Shown piece after piece: positions 53,884 through 63,353 of a stretch of 64,000 nucleotides of DNA. Made by a program: the position numbers and the translations under genes. Source of the stretch: Candidatus Bilamarchaeaceae archaeon. GTDB lineage: Archaea > Micrarchaeota > Micrarchaeia > Anstonellales > Bilamarchaeaceae. Every line of letters begins with the position of its first letter. Position 1 is the stretch's first letter. The DNA lies in assembly GCA_038870635.1 (NCBI GenBank), contig JAVZJR010000002.1, positions 66,792 through 130,791 on the forward strand, written 5' to 3'. Below the pieces are notes generated by a model. That model worked only from the letters and a program-made list of their open reading frames with translations, was not told the DNA's origin and searched no databases.

Positions 53884-55332
53884 ATGGTTGATACTAAAGG
53901 GGAGTACTTAATAAAAAAAACTGAAAAAGGCCCTCTGCAGAGGTTTAAAAATCAAAATCTCCTCCTTAAAAAATTTGGTGAAGTTGGCCTAAAGATTTAT
54001 CGTGCTATAACTGGTAAGCGCACTATTGAGGAATTGAAAAAAGATCTTAACTTAGAAGACCAAATGTTTTATCCAGTTATAGAATATATGAAAGAGACAG
54101 AGATGGTAGAGCTTATTCCAGTTGGCGGTGCAACTGAAGAAAGAGCTGCCGAAGTAAAAGAAAAACCAAAAGCAGTTGAGAAAGTTGAGAAGCCGAAAAA
54201 GGAAATAGAAGAGGAAGCGCCGCGCGAGGTTGAAGTTCCAGAATTTGAGGAAGAGGCAGAGATAGCTGAAGAAAAGGAAAAAGAAGAGGTCCTCTCTACT
54301 GAAGAAGAAAAAGCAGAGACAGAGGAAGAATCATTTTTTGAAGAAATCGAGCCAATAAAACCAGAAAAAGTAGAAAAAGAGGAAAAAGAAGAGGTTTTAG
54401 AAATAGAAAAAGAAGAAACTGAAGAAAAGTTAGAAGAGGAAAGTGTAGAAGAATCTAAAGAAGAAAGGGAGGAAGCGCCTTCTGAAGAAGAGTACGAAGA
54501 AGAAGCTTTTGAAATAGAAAGAGAAAAAGAGGAGGAGTTCTCTTTTGAAGAAGAGCCAGAAGAAAGTTCAGTAGAAAAAACAATACGTGATAAATACGGT
54601 GATGTTGGTATTCAAGTTTACAACCTCATTGATGGTAAAAGAACAGCAGAAGAGATAATGAATGAAGTTGGTATAAGCGAAGCAAAACTAATAGAAATAC
54701 TTGATTTTTTAGATAAGGAAGGAATAATAAAACTTGAATACCCTGGCGGCAAGAAGGCAAAAGAGGAGCCTAAGGTGCCGCCAAAAGAAGAAATAGAGGA
54801 GACTGGTTTTGCTCCTATCGTAGAAATGGAGAAAGAAGAGGCCGCAAAGGAAGTGACCATTCCTAACCCAATCGAAATACCTATGAAGCTGCCCATTGAC
54901 ATCGTTAAATCAATACAAATAAATGCAAATCTTTTATTGAAGTTTAAAGATGATGGTAAAAAGGTTTTTTCTTTAGTAAACGGGCAAAACGATGTCATAG
55001 ATATTGCATTGAAAACTGACCTACCGTTGCAAAAAGTTTATGAAATTCTTAATTATTTAGGAGAGAACGCCATGGTTATTTTAAAGCCTATGACCCGAGA
55101 CTTAGTTAAAAAGAAATACGGAGATGACGCCTTCACAATATACAAAAGATATGGCCGAGAAGGAGTTATGCTTTATGAATTAATAGGCAAAGACCTTTCT
55201 TTTAAGGAGATGGTCTCAAGAACAACTAATGATAAGCAGCGTGCCTTGGATATTTTTGTCTTTATTCACGAAGTTTTAGGAATAGAACTCCCACTCGATA
55301 AAGAGATATTGGCAAAACAGATTGGGCTGTGA
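53884..55332 (+). CDS. Acidic protein with three winged-helix-like modules separated by E/K low-complexity linkers
   Basis: 482 aa. Repeated pattern (V/I)Y.LI.GKRT.EE(I/L).......E.....I(L/E).......(I/V).L at aa ~35-80, ~240-285 and ~350-400. A long EEEKE linker spans aa ~95-230. Confidence 0.5.
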   Translation: MVDTKGEYLIKKTEKGPLQRFKNQNLLLKKFGEVGLKIYRAITGKRTIEELKKDLNLEDQMFYPVIEYMKETEMVELIPVGGATEERAAEVKEKPKAVEKVEKPKKEIEEEAPREVEVPEFEEEAEIAEEKEKEEVLSTEEEKAETEEESFFEEIEPIKPEKVEKEEKEEVLEIEKEETEEKLEEESVEESKEEREEAPSEEEYEEEAFEIEREKEEEFSFEEEPEESSVEKTIRDKYGDVGIQVYNLIDGKRTAEEIMNEVGISEAKLIEILDFLDKEGIIKLEYPGGKKAKEEPKVPPKEEIEETGFAPIVEMEKEEAAKEVTIPNPIEIPMKLPIDIVKSIQINANLLLKFKDDGKKVFSLVNGQNDVIDIALKTDLPLQKVYEILNYLGENAMVILKPMTRDLVKKKYGDDAFTIYKRYGREGVMLYELIGKDLSFKEMVSRTTNDKQRALDIFVFIHEVLGIELPLDKEILAKQIGL

Positions 55333-55716
55333 TTAGTTTTTAACTCTGCTAAGTGATATTCTCTCTAAATCAAGAGGATTACCTTCTTTTTTTATTTTTG
55401 CTTTTTTTTCTCCATCTATTTTCTCTTCCCCAAAAACAATTACCAACGCGCTTTTGCCTTTTTGCGGCGCAGTTGCTTCTAATGCTGATTTTATATCTGT
55501 TTTGCCTGCTAACCAAAGTAAAAATTCTAACTTGAATTTTTTTGCAATATTGTACCCTCTATCAAAAGCTCTTTTTGCTAACTCATAAGCGAGCAGAATC
55601 TCTTCTTCTGACTTTGCAACATTGGGCGATATCGCGATGGCGCTTTCTGGAATTTTTTCTTCGTTATATTTTCTTACTAATATTATTTTCACACTATTCC
55701 ATTGAAATGCCAACAA
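55333..55716 (-). CDS. Possible KEOPS subunit Cgi121-like protein
   Basis: 127 aa. ...SEEEILLAYELAKRAFDRGYNIAKKFKLEFLLWLAGKTDIKSALE is reminiscent of Cgi121. The start is uncertain (TTG 55716 or GTG 55692). Confidence 0.4.
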   Translation of the reverse strand: MLAFQWNSVKIILVRKYNEEKIPESAIAISPNVAKSEEEILLAYELAKRAFDRGYNIAKKFKLEFLLWLAGKTDIKSALEATAPQKGKSALVIVFGEEKIDGEKKAKIKKEGNPLDLERISLSRVKN

Positions 55717-55769
55717 TTTAAAAGTTGTCGTTATAAATATTTTTCACTACTTACTTAGAGGTGTAAATA

Positions 55770-56150
55770 ATGAAGCAGTATCATAAACCACAGACAAAAA
55801 AAGTAAGTCGTGGCACAGGTGCTAAGCGCGTAAAGTTCAGTGATAAGAAGCTTGCGCACATTGGCGGTGTTTTCTCAGCAACAAAAGTGAGCGAAGAAGA
55901 TGTTCGAACGATGCGAAGAAAAAGGGGAGGAGCGAGAGTTCCAAAGCTCAAAAAAGCAGCGTCCATAAATGTAGCTACTAAAGAAGGTGTTAAAAAAGCA
56001 AAAATAATACGTGTTTTGGAGAGCCACAATCCAGAATACGTGCGTATGAATATAATAACAAAAGGAGCAGTAGTTGAAACGAATATTGGTAAAGTGCGTG
56101 TTACTAATCGTGTAGGACAAGACGGAATAGTTAACGGAGTTTTAATCTAA
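55770..56150 (+). CDS. rps8e: Ribosomal protein eS8
   Basis: 126 aa. HKPQTKKVSRGTGAKR ... RRKRGGA ... pattern of S8e. AGAGGTG Shine-Dalgarno. Confidence 0.85.
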   Translation: MKQYHKPQTKKVSRGTGAKRVKFSDKKLAHIGGVFSATKVSEEDVRTMRRKRGGARVPKLKKAASINVATKEGVKKAKIIRVLESHNPEYVRMNIITKGAVVETNIGKVRVTNRVGQDGIVNGVLI

Positions 56151-58177
56151 CAAATTTTTCCTTTTTTTAATTTTGTTTTTAGTGGCAACCCACTAACAAA
56201 TATTGTTTTTCCATCAGCAACTGCGGTGTGGTCTATAACTTCGAGCTTCAATGATGAAAATTCTTTTATATTTATCTCTTTTTTTTGCTTTTCCATACTT
56301 CCTTCTGTTTTTGCTTTGTCTCCGACTTTCCACTCATCGCTTGATAGCACTTCCACTTCATTTTCGTCTTCAACCGCTAAGACCATTCCTTGTGATTGTA
56401 CCCCCCTAATGTTGGCGGGTGCAAGATTTTTAAGCACAAGTACTTTTTTCCCTATCAATTGATCTTCTGTATAATGTCCTACAAGACCAGAAACTATTTG
56501 TCTTTCTCCATCACTTAACACTATCTTTTCTATGAATAGTTTTTCTGCATTTGGATGTTTTTTTACTTCTTTTATCTTACCAACTTCTATATCTAAATCT
56601 TCAAATGTTATTTTCTGTTTTTGCTCTTTTTCTTTTGGCACAGTATCTTTAATCTCTATTTTTTTGAATAGTAGTTCTGGCTTTCCTATTTTATGCCCCT
56701 CTAAAAGTGAGAGTTTTCCTATTTCTTCCCATTTTTGTGGCTCAATATTCAGTTGTTTAAAGATTGAGGCGCCCGTTTGTGGAAGGTATGGTTGAAGCAT
56801 TATAGCTAAATCTTTTACCTGGTGCGCTAAAACATACATTACTGTTGCTGCCCGTGTTTTGTCTTCTTTTATTTTCTTCCATGGTTCGTTGTCTTGGAAG
56901 TACTTGTTTGCATTTTTTGAATATGTCATTATTGCGTCTATCCCTTCTTTTATTCTGAGGGAATTAATCAGTTCGGTTATTTTTTCTGTTTGCTTTTTTT
57001 GCTTATCTAAGAAATCTTTGTCCTCATTGCTTAAAGTTGCGTATGGTATCTCGCCGTTAAAGTTGTTTGCTATGAAAACCATAGTCCTATTGACAAGATT
57101 TCCTATGTTCGCAACTAATTCGTTGTTGTTTTTTTCTATCATAACTCGCTCTGAAAAATCCCCATCATCAAAAGTTGGTACTTCGCTTAAAAGGGCATAT
57201 CTTATAGGATCAACGCCGTATTTTTCAATTAGTGAAAATGGATCTACTATGTTTCCAAGCGTTTTGCTCATTTTTTGTCCATTTACAGTTATGTATCCAT
57301 GCACAAGAATTGTTTTTGGCAATTCTAAACCAGCAGACAGTAATATTGCTGGCCAATAAACCGCGTGGAACCTTAGTATTCCTTTTCCTATTACATGGAC
57401 ATCTGCTGGCCAATATCTTTTGAATTTTTTGTCATCTATCCCATAGCCAATTCCTGTTATGTAAGTGCCAAGTGCATCAAACCACACGTACATTATTTGG
57501 CTTTCATCGCCTGGCACTGGTACGCCCCACCCCTTTGCTCTTTTTACTGAGCGGGATACGCTAAAATCTTGTAATCCGCTTTTTATAAACGCAAGCACTT
57601 CGTTTTTACGAGTTTCTGGTAGTATTCTTAATTCATCACTTTCTATTAGTTGAAGAAGTTTGTCTTGATACTTTGAAAGTCTGAAGAAATAATTTTCCTC
57701 TTCTACTATCTCTGGTTTTGTGTTGTGTTCTGGGCAAACACCATCTGGTAATTCGCTTTCTTCATAAAATGATTCGCAGCCAACGCAGTAAAGGCCGCGG
57801 TACTTTTTTTTGTATATATCACCTGCCTCATCGCATAACTTCCATAGTTTTTGTACCCCTGGCCAGTGGCTTTCTTTTAAAGAAGTTCTCTGAAAGTTTG
57901 TAAAACTAAGACCTATATCTTCTGCCATTTTTTTAAAAACTGCAGCGTTTCTTTCGCATAATTCAGCAGGTGTTATTCCCTTTGCTTCTGCTGCATGAAC
58001 ATTCTTAAGGCTGTTCTCGTCTGCTCCAGTTATCAATTGTACATCTTTTCCCAGCGTCTTTTGATATCTTGCAATAACGTCTGTTTGCACAAACTCTAAG
58101 GCATGACCAAGATGGGGCGCAGCGTTCACATATGGAATCGCTGTTGTAAGATAATATTTTTGAACGATTTCAACCAC
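56147..58177 (-). CDS. metG: Methionyl-tRNA synthetase with C-terminal tRNA-binding (Trbp111/EMAP-like) domain
   Basis: YVNAAPHLGHALE (HIGH-type), KMSKTLGN (KMSKS), zinc knuckle CVGCESF..CPEH, and C-terminal DLDIEVGKIKEVKKHPNAEKLFIEKI. Confidence 0.95.
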   Translation of the reverse strand: MVEIVQKYYLTTAIPYVNAAPHLGHALEFVQTDVIARYQKTLGKDVQLITGADENSLKNVHAAEAKGITPAELCERNAAVFKKMAEDIGLSFTNFQRTSLKESHWPGVQKLWKLCDEAGDIYKKKYRGLYCVGCESFYEESELPDGVCPEHNTKPEIVEEENYFFRLSKYQDKLLQLIESDELRILPETRKNEVLAFIKSGLQDFSVSRSVKRAKGWGVPVPGDESQIMYVWFDALGTYITGIGYGIDDKKFKRYWPADVHVIGKGILRFHAVYWPAILLSAGLELPKTILVHGYITVNGQKMSKTLGNIVDPFSLIEKYGVDPIRYALLSEVPTFDDGDFSERVMIEKNNNELVANIGNLVNRTMVFIANNFNGEIPYATLSNEDKDFLDKQKKQTEKITELINSLRIKEGIDAIMTYSKNANKYFQDNEPWKKIKEDKTRAATVMYVLAHQVKDLAIMLQPYLPQTGASIFKQLNIEPQKWEEIGKLSLLEGHKIGKPELLFKKIEIKDTVPKEKEQKQKITFEDLDIEVGKIKEVKKHPNAEKLFIEKIVLSDGERQIVSGLVGHYTEDQLIGKKVLVLKNLAPANIRGVQSQGMVLAVEDENEVEVLSSDEWKVGDKAKTEGSMEKQKKEINIKEFSSLKLEVIDHTAVADGKTIFVSGLPLKTKLKKGKIC

Positions 58178-58257
58178 CCGCTTTTGTTGTTGATTTTTAG
58201 GCTTACGTTTTGTTTTTAAAGTTTGTGTTTTTTATTCTACTTTAAAAAAGGGGTAAT

Positions 58258-59367
58258 ATGTTAAAAAAAGTTTTTTTATTGTTGGCTCTTTTCTCGTTTA
58301 CATTTGCTTTAAATTTCACAATAGTTTTTTATTATGGCGATGGCTGTCCCCATTGCGCAAGAATGGAACCACTTGTCAAGGAGTCCATCAACTCCACCTT
58401 TTCTTCTTACAACATAAATCTTGTTGAAAAAGAGGTTTATAAAAACGCCTATAATAGACAGGAAATGCTAAACCTTTTTGTAAAGTTCGGGGTCGATCCT
58501 TCAGAAGGGGGAGTACCAACGACATTGGTGGATGGTCGTTCTATTATAATAGGGGAAGTAGATAAAAAAAGGTTTGAGGAAATTGTTTTTGCTCATATTC
58601 AAAATAAGTCTCTTAATGGTGTTTTTACACAAAAATCTTTCAGTCCTATAAAAACACTTAATCCAGAGGTAACGTTGACTATTCCTGTGTTGATTGGTGC
58701 TGCAGTAATAGATTCCATAAATCCATGCACAATTGCCATAATGGTTATGCTACTCAGTGTTGTCTTAGCAGAACAAGGAAGAAAAAAGATGCTTATATCA
58801 GCAGCAGTTTTCATATCTACTATTTTTGTATGTTATTTGGCTTTTGGTTTAGGCTTGCATAGCCTTTTGTCATCATTAGCAAATCCCGTAATAACTAACG
58901 CATTTTATATTATTATGACCATAGCGGCATTTATTTTGGCTTTGATGGAAATAAACGCTTATTTCAATTATTCACCTGGTTTTATTTCAGTAGAAATACC
59001 GATGTTTCTAAGGCCCTATGTAAAGGAAGTTATATCGAAAGCAACATCATTGCCTGCGATTGCAGTCGCAGCATTTTTTTGTTCCTTCTTTTTACTTCCT
59101 TGTTCTTCCGGTCCTTACCTTATGGTTTTGAGTATGCTTGCGAAAGCAGTTACCCTTAATGCTCTTTTATATCTTATAATATACAACATTGTGTTTGTTT
59201 TGCCTATGGTGATAATAGCCGGAGCAATATTGATTGGAAAAACAACAGTGGAACGCGTTGGTGCTGCTCGAGAAAAATACATAAGAGAACTTCATCTCTT
59301 CTCTGGTCTCCTTCTTCTTGTGCTGTTCTTTATAATGCTGTCTCAAGTTATAGGAATTCATCTCTAA
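58258..59367 (+). CDS. Exported thioredoxin-fold domain (CPHC) fused to a DsbD/CcdA-type membrane thiol-disulfide transporter
   Basis: Signal-like MLKKVFLLLALFSFTFA. FYYGDGCPHCARMEP. Membrane part with DSINPCTIAIMVMLL and FFLLPCSSGPYLMVL (paired PC motifs of CcdA/DsbD). Confidence 0.75.
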   Translation: MLKKVFLLLALFSFTFALNFTIVFYYGDGCPHCARMEPLVKESINSTFSSYNINLVEKEVYKNAYNRQEMLNLFVKFGVDPSEGGVPTTLVDGRSIIIGEVDKKRFEEIVFAHIQNKSLNGVFTQKSFSPIKTLNPEVTLTIPVLIGAAVIDSINPCTIAIMVMLLSVVLAEQGRKKMLISAAVFISTIFVCYLAFGLGLHSLLSSLANPVITNAFYIIMTIAAFILALMEINAYFNYSPGFISVEIPMFLRPYVKEVISKATSLPAIAVAAFFCSFFLLPCSSGPYLMVLSMLAKAVTLNALLYLIIYNIVFVLPMVIIAGAILIGKTTVERVGAAREKYIRELHLFSGLLLLVLFFIMLSQVIGIHL

Positions 59368-59468
59368 ATAATCGTTGGAAGAAAACAAAGATTTAAATAT
59401 TAAACGCAGAATAATTGAAGATGCTAAAAATGCGCCATTTTAATGGCTGCGATTTTTGAGGTGTATGA

Positions 59469-59882
59469 ATGGTAACTGCACTTGATGTAGATGCAAATGC
59501 ACTTATAGGAAAGGTAGCAGAAAAGCTTAAAGGGATGAACATAAAGAAACCTGAATTCGTAGGAATCGTTAAGAGTGGGGCCCATGCCGAGCGACCGCCA
59601 GAACAATCAGACTTTTGGTATATTCGTTGTGCCTCTATTTTAAGACAGGCTTATGTTCGTGGGGTTATAGGTACAAATAGGCTTAGAACTCACTACGGAG
59701 GAAGAAAAAACAGAGGGGTTAAACCACAAGCACACAGAAAAGCAGGTGGTTCTACAATAAGAAAGGCAATGCAAGAGCTTGAGAAGGCGGGGTTACTAAA
59801 AAAGGAAAAATTTGGTCGTTCACTTTCACCAGCCGGAAGAAAACTTTTAGATAACGCAGCAAAAGAGGTTGCTAAAAATTGA
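59469..59882 (+). CDS. rps19e: Ribosomal protein eS19
   Basis: 137 aa. ...ERPPEQSDFWYIRCASILRQAY..G.IG..RLRTHYGGRKNRG..P.H..KAGGSTIRKA.QELEKAGL. Confidence 0.9.
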   Translation: MVTALDVDANALIGKVAEKLKGMNIKKPEFVGIVKSGAHAERPPEQSDFWYIRCASILRQAYVRGVIGTNRLRTHYGGRKNRGVKPQAHRKAGGSTIRKAMQELEKAGLLKKEKFGRSLSPAGRKLLDNAAKEVAKN

Positions 59883-59895
59883 AAGTGTGAGGGCA

Positions 59896-60219
59896 ATGTC
59901 CTACGAGGGCGACATTAAGGAGGAAGAAGAAATAAAAAAAAAGAAGATGGCAGAATACAAAAAAAAGCTCGAGGCACAACAAAAAGCTAACGAAGAACTG
60001 AAAAAGATGTTAAGACAAGTGCTCGATGACAAAGGCTACGAACGTTTGAATAATGTTTCTTTCTCTAACCAACAACTCTATATGATGGCTGCGCAACAGG
60101 TTTTGCTTTTTGCGAAACGTGCTGGAAGAAAAATAACAGAAGAGGAGGTTTTGTATATATTAAATGCAATAAAAAAGCAAACAGAAAAGGAATCTAAAAT
60201 AACATTCATCAAAAAATAG
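59896..60219 (+). CDS. PDCD5/TFAR19-like double-stranded DNA-binding protein
   Basis: 107 aa from ATG 59896. ...LRQVLDDKGYERLNNVSFSNQQLYMMAAQQVLLFAKRAGRKITEEEV matches the archaeal PDCD5-homolog pattern. Confidence 0.75.
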   Translation: MSYEGDIKEEEEIKKKKMAEYKKKLEAQQKANEELKKMLRQVLDDKGYERLNNVSFSNQQLYMMAAQQVLLFAKRAGRKITEEEVLYILNAIKKQTEKESKITFIKK

Positions 60220-60233
60220 TTTTAGGTGATAAA

Positions 60234-60395
60234 ATGAGTAAAAAATCATTGCAAAAGAAGAAAAGGCTTGCAAAAGCCGCGAGAAAGAGCAGGGCGTTAC
60301 CGTCATTCGTTATCTTGAAAACTGCTAGAAAAGTTTCTTATAATCCCAACAGAAGGGATTGGAGAACGCAAAAATTGAGAATAAAAGAGGAGTGA
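60234..60395 (+). CDS. rpl39e: Ribosomal protein eL39
   Basis: 53-aa ORF absent from the ORF track: MSKKSLQKKKRLAKAARKSRALPSFVILKTARKVSYNPNRRDWRTQKLRIKEE. AGGTGA Shine-Dalgarno at 60224-60229. Confidence 0.85.
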   Translation: MSKKSLQKKKRLAKAARKSRALPSFVILKTARKVSYNPNRRDWRTQKLRIKEE

Positions 60396-60399
60396 TATT

Positions 60400-60831
60400 A
60401 TGGACAAGTTTGAACGTGTATATAATGTTCCATTAGGGGATGCTTATTTAACAACGCGCGTAAAAGCAACCCGAAGAGCAGTGAAAATTCTTAAGGAATT
60501 TATAAAGAGACACGCTAAAGTAGATGTTGAAAGCGTGAAGCTAAGTAACAAGCTAAATGCATTTGTTTGGTCACGTGGAAGAAAGAAACCACCTAGACAT
60601 GTTAAGATAAAGGTTATAAAAGATGGCGGAGTTGCTCGTGCTTATCTCCATGATGAAAAAATAGAAGAGAAAAAGAAAGAAGAGAAGAAAGCGGAAGAAA
60701 AGAAACCAGAAGAAACCAAACAGACAGAAAAAGAAATGGTTGAGGGCGAAGTAAAAGAAGAAGTTGCAAAAAAAGAAGTTAAGAAGACTGGTAAGAAGCC
60801 AAAGAAGGATGAAAAGAAGAGCGGAGAGTAA
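60400..60831 (+). CDS. rpl31e: Ribosomal protein eL31 with K/E-rich C-terminal extension
   Basis: ERVYNVPLGDAYLTTRVKATRRAVKILKEFIKRHAK...VWSRGRKKPPRHVKIKV is L31e. About 55 extra K/E-rich residues follow. Confidence 0.85.
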   Translation: MDKFERVYNVPLGDAYLTTRVKATRRAVKILKEFIKRHAKVDVESVKLSNKLNAFVWSRGRKKPPRHVKIKVIKDGGVARAYLHDEKIEEKKKEEKKAEEKKPEETKQTEKEMVEGEVKEEVAKKEVKKTGKKPKKDEKKSGE

Positions 60832-60832
60832 A

Positions 60833-61507
60833 ATGTCAATAAGGCAATTTACCTATTATGGCAACAGTTGGATCGGTATGTTCATTAAAGCTAATGATTT
60901 ATTTACTTTTATTCCTGTGGATTCTTTGGATGTAGTAGAAAGAACAGTTGCGAAATACTTAAAAACAAAAGTTGTCCGCACCACTGTGGCACAGAGTAAT
61001 CTTCTTGGTCTCTATATCGCTATAAACAACAATGGTGTTGTTCTCCCTAATGTTGTAGATGATGCTGAACTTAAGGCTTTTCGTGCAACAGGTCTAAACG
61101 TTTATATTTCTGAAGACAAGCATAATGCTCACGGTAATAATATAGCAGTTAACAACAAAATAGGGATTATAAATCCAGAAATAAGCCAAGCAGAAAGAAA
61201 AAAAATTTCTGATACGCTCGGGGTCGAGCTTATTCCTATGTCCATAGCAGGTTATAAAACCGTTGGTAGTAGCTGTATTGTAACTGATCGTGGTTTCTTA
61301 GTTCATTATAACACAAGCAACGATGAGTTTAAGCTTTTAGAAAGTATATTTAAGGTGAAGGGAGCAAAAGGAACCGTGAATACTGGTTCTGGTTTTGTTT
61401 CTTATGGTGTAATCACAAACAATAAAGGTTTTGTAGCAGGTGAAGATACAACTGCTTTTGAACTTGGCCAGCTCGTGAGCGCGATGGATTTTATTGATAA
61501 TGCTTAG
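60833..61507 (+). CDS. eif6: Translation initiation factor 6 (aIF6)
   Basis: 224 aa from ATG 60833. Five-fold pseudo-repeat with NLLGLYIAINNNGVVLP, GNNIAVNNKIGIINP and VGSSCIVTDRGFLVH. Confidence 0.9.
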   Translation: MSIRQFTYYGNSWIGMFIKANDLFTFIPVDSLDVVERTVAKYLKTKVVRTTVAQSNLLGLYIAINNNGVVLPNVVDDAELKAFRATGLNVYISEDKHNAHGNNIAVNNKIGIINPEISQAERKKISDTLGVELIPMSIAGYKTVGSSCIVTDRGFLVHYNTSNDEFKLLESIFKVKGAKGTVNTGSGFVSYGVITNNKGFVAGEDTTAFELGQLVSAMDFIDNA

Positions 61508-61515
61508 GTGGTTTT

Positions 61516-61692
61516 ATGATATTTAGGGTTGAAGGAAATTTAAAAATGGGCAAAGAAGAAAGGCCTTTTACTAAAGAAGTAGAGGCTAAAAGTGAAAACG
61601 ATGCACTAAATAAGGTTTTTGCAGAGTTTGGTTCTAAAAACGGTTTATTAAGAAGTGCTATTAAGGTAAATAAAGTTACAAAGGTAGGTTAA
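61516..61692 (+). CDS. rplX: Ribosomal protein LX (eL20/L18Ae family)
   Basis: 58-aa ORF absent from the ORF track: MIFRVEGNLKMGKEERPFTKEVEAKSENDALNKVFAEFGSKNGLLRSAIKVNKVTKVG. It sits in the conserved position between aIF6 and prefoldin alpha. Confidence 0.75.
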   Translation: MIFRVEGNLKMGKEERPFTKEVEAKSENDALNKVFAEFGSKNGLLRSAIKVNKVTKVG

Positions 61693-61693
61693 A

Positions 61694-62140
61694 ATGGAAA
61701 AGACAGAAGAATTATACGCTCGCTTGGCTTATGAAGTTCGTATGTATAAAAATCAGTTAAATCTTCTACAGAAGGAAATTGAGAAGCTTACGCTAACTGC
61801 AATAGATGCAAACAACGCTGCCCGTACGATAGAGTCATTAGAGCAAGGAGACACCATCATACCTATCGGCGGAAATGCTTTTGCAAAAGGTATCATATCT
61901 AGTACAAATATTTTGCTTGGTATTGGAAGCGGCTATTTAATTGAAGTAGATAAAGAGACCGCTACAAAGAAGATGAAACAAAGGGAAGAAGCTACAAAAG
62001 AAGCGATGAGTAAGTTATCGCAAGAGTATTCAAGAATATCTGCTAAGTTTGAAGCAGCAAGCCGGCAATTGCAGGAAATAGAGATGCAATTAATGGTAAA
62101 GCGTCGTGGAGAAGAAACTACTAGAGAAGACTATCTCTGA
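61694..62140 (+). CDS. pfdA: Prefoldin alpha subunit
   Basis: 148 aa. Coiled coil, then central beta hairpins (IIPIGGNAFAKG...LGIGSGYLIE), then coiled coil. Confidence 0.85.
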   Translation: MEKTEELYARLAYEVRMYKNQLNLLQKEIEKLTLTAIDANNAARTIESLEQGDTIIPIGGNAFAKGIISSTNILLGIGSGYLIEVDKETATKKMKQREEATKEAMSKLSQEYSRISAKFEAASRQLQEIEMQLMVKRRGEETTREDYL

Positions 62141-62179
62141 TTTTTTGCGTGTTTTCTTTTTTGAGGCACGCGTGGTGTT

Positions 62180-63346
62180 ATGTTTGATTTTTTAAAGAAA
62201 AAAATATCCAATTTTGTTAATAAGATAACCGGTAAAGAAGATGATGTAGAGAGCGCACCTCCCTCACAACCTTCCACATCACATCCAACTGAAAAACCTG
62301 CTCCTGATTTAGTAAAAGAAAAACCACAAGAAGAAAAAAAATCTGTTGAACATTTTCAAGAATTTTTAGAAGAGAAAAAAGTTCCTAAAGAAGAAGTCAC
62401 TAAACCACAAGAGAAAAAAGAAGTTAAAAAAACAGAGCAAAAAAAGGATAAGATCGCTCCTTCGTTAAGCATGGGCACTGTCATAAAAAGCATAATCAGC
62501 AAAGACATCGAGATAAAGAAAGAAGATATCAAGACGATGCTTGACTCTTTAGAGCTTGACTTAATAGAAGCAGATGTTGATATTGAAACATCATCAAGAA
62601 TAATAGCAGATATAGAAAAAAGACTTGTTGGAAAAAAAGTTGAGAAATCTGTTCTTAATGATTTTATAAAAAAAGAGATAAAGGATGCTTTGGCAGACGC
62701 AATGATTACTGGTAAGGAATTTTCTATTCTTGATGAAGTGAGAAAGGGGCCGCGACCTTTTGTTATTATATTTCTTGGTACGAATGGCTCTGGAAAAACT
62801 ACCACTATAGCGAAGATTGCAAACCTTTTTCTATCTAATAAAATCTCTGTTGTTTTGGCTGCGGCGGATACATTTAGAGCAGCGGCTATAGAACAACTTA
62901 AATTCCATGCTGAAAAACTCAACGTGAAATTAATAAGCAAAGACTATGGGAGTGATCCTGCTTCAGTTGCTTTTGATGCAATAAACTATGCTAAGGCGCA
63001 CAACATAGATGTTGTTCTTGTTGATACAGCTGGTAGACAGGAGACAAATACTAACCTAATGAATGAATTAAAAAAGATAAATCGAGTTATAAAACCAAAT
63101 TTAAAGATTTATATCGCCGAGAGCATCGGTGGTAGCGCGATCTTAGAACAGATAAAATCATTTAACAGCGAGGTAGGCATAGACGGTATAATATTAACAA
63201 AACTTGATTGCGATGCAAAAGGCGGCACAATACTTTCAGCAGCAAATGTAACAGGGGTGCCAGTTATTATGATCGGGGATGGGCAAAAATATGAGAACAT
63301 CAAGAGTTTTAATGCGTATGAAATAGCCAATAGAATAATGGAGTAG
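62180..63346 (+). CDS. ftsY: Signal recognition particle receptor FtsY
   Basis: NG domain with GTNGSGKTTTIAKIA, DTAGRQ and TKLDCDAKGG. Charged N-terminal A-domain. Confidence 0.95.
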   Translation: MFDFLKKKISNFVNKITGKEDDVESAPPSQPSTSHPTEKPAPDLVKEKPQEEKKSVEHFQEFLEEKKVPKEEVTKPQEKKEVKKTEQKKDKIAPSLSMGTVIKSIISKDIEIKKEDIKTMLDSLELDLIEADVDIETSSRIIADIEKRLVGKKVEKSVLNDFIKKEIKDALADAMITGKEFSILDEVRKGPRPFVIIFLGTNGSGKTTTIAKIANLFLSNKISVVLAAADTFRAAAIEQLKFHAEKLNVKLISKDYGSDPASVAFDAINYAKAHNIDVVLVDTAGRQETNTNLMNELKKINRVIKPNLKIYIAESIGGSAILEQIKSFNSEVGIDGIILTKLDCDAKGGTILSAANVTGVPVIMIGDGQKYENIKSFNAYEIANRIME

Positions 63347-63353
63347 TGAGTAA

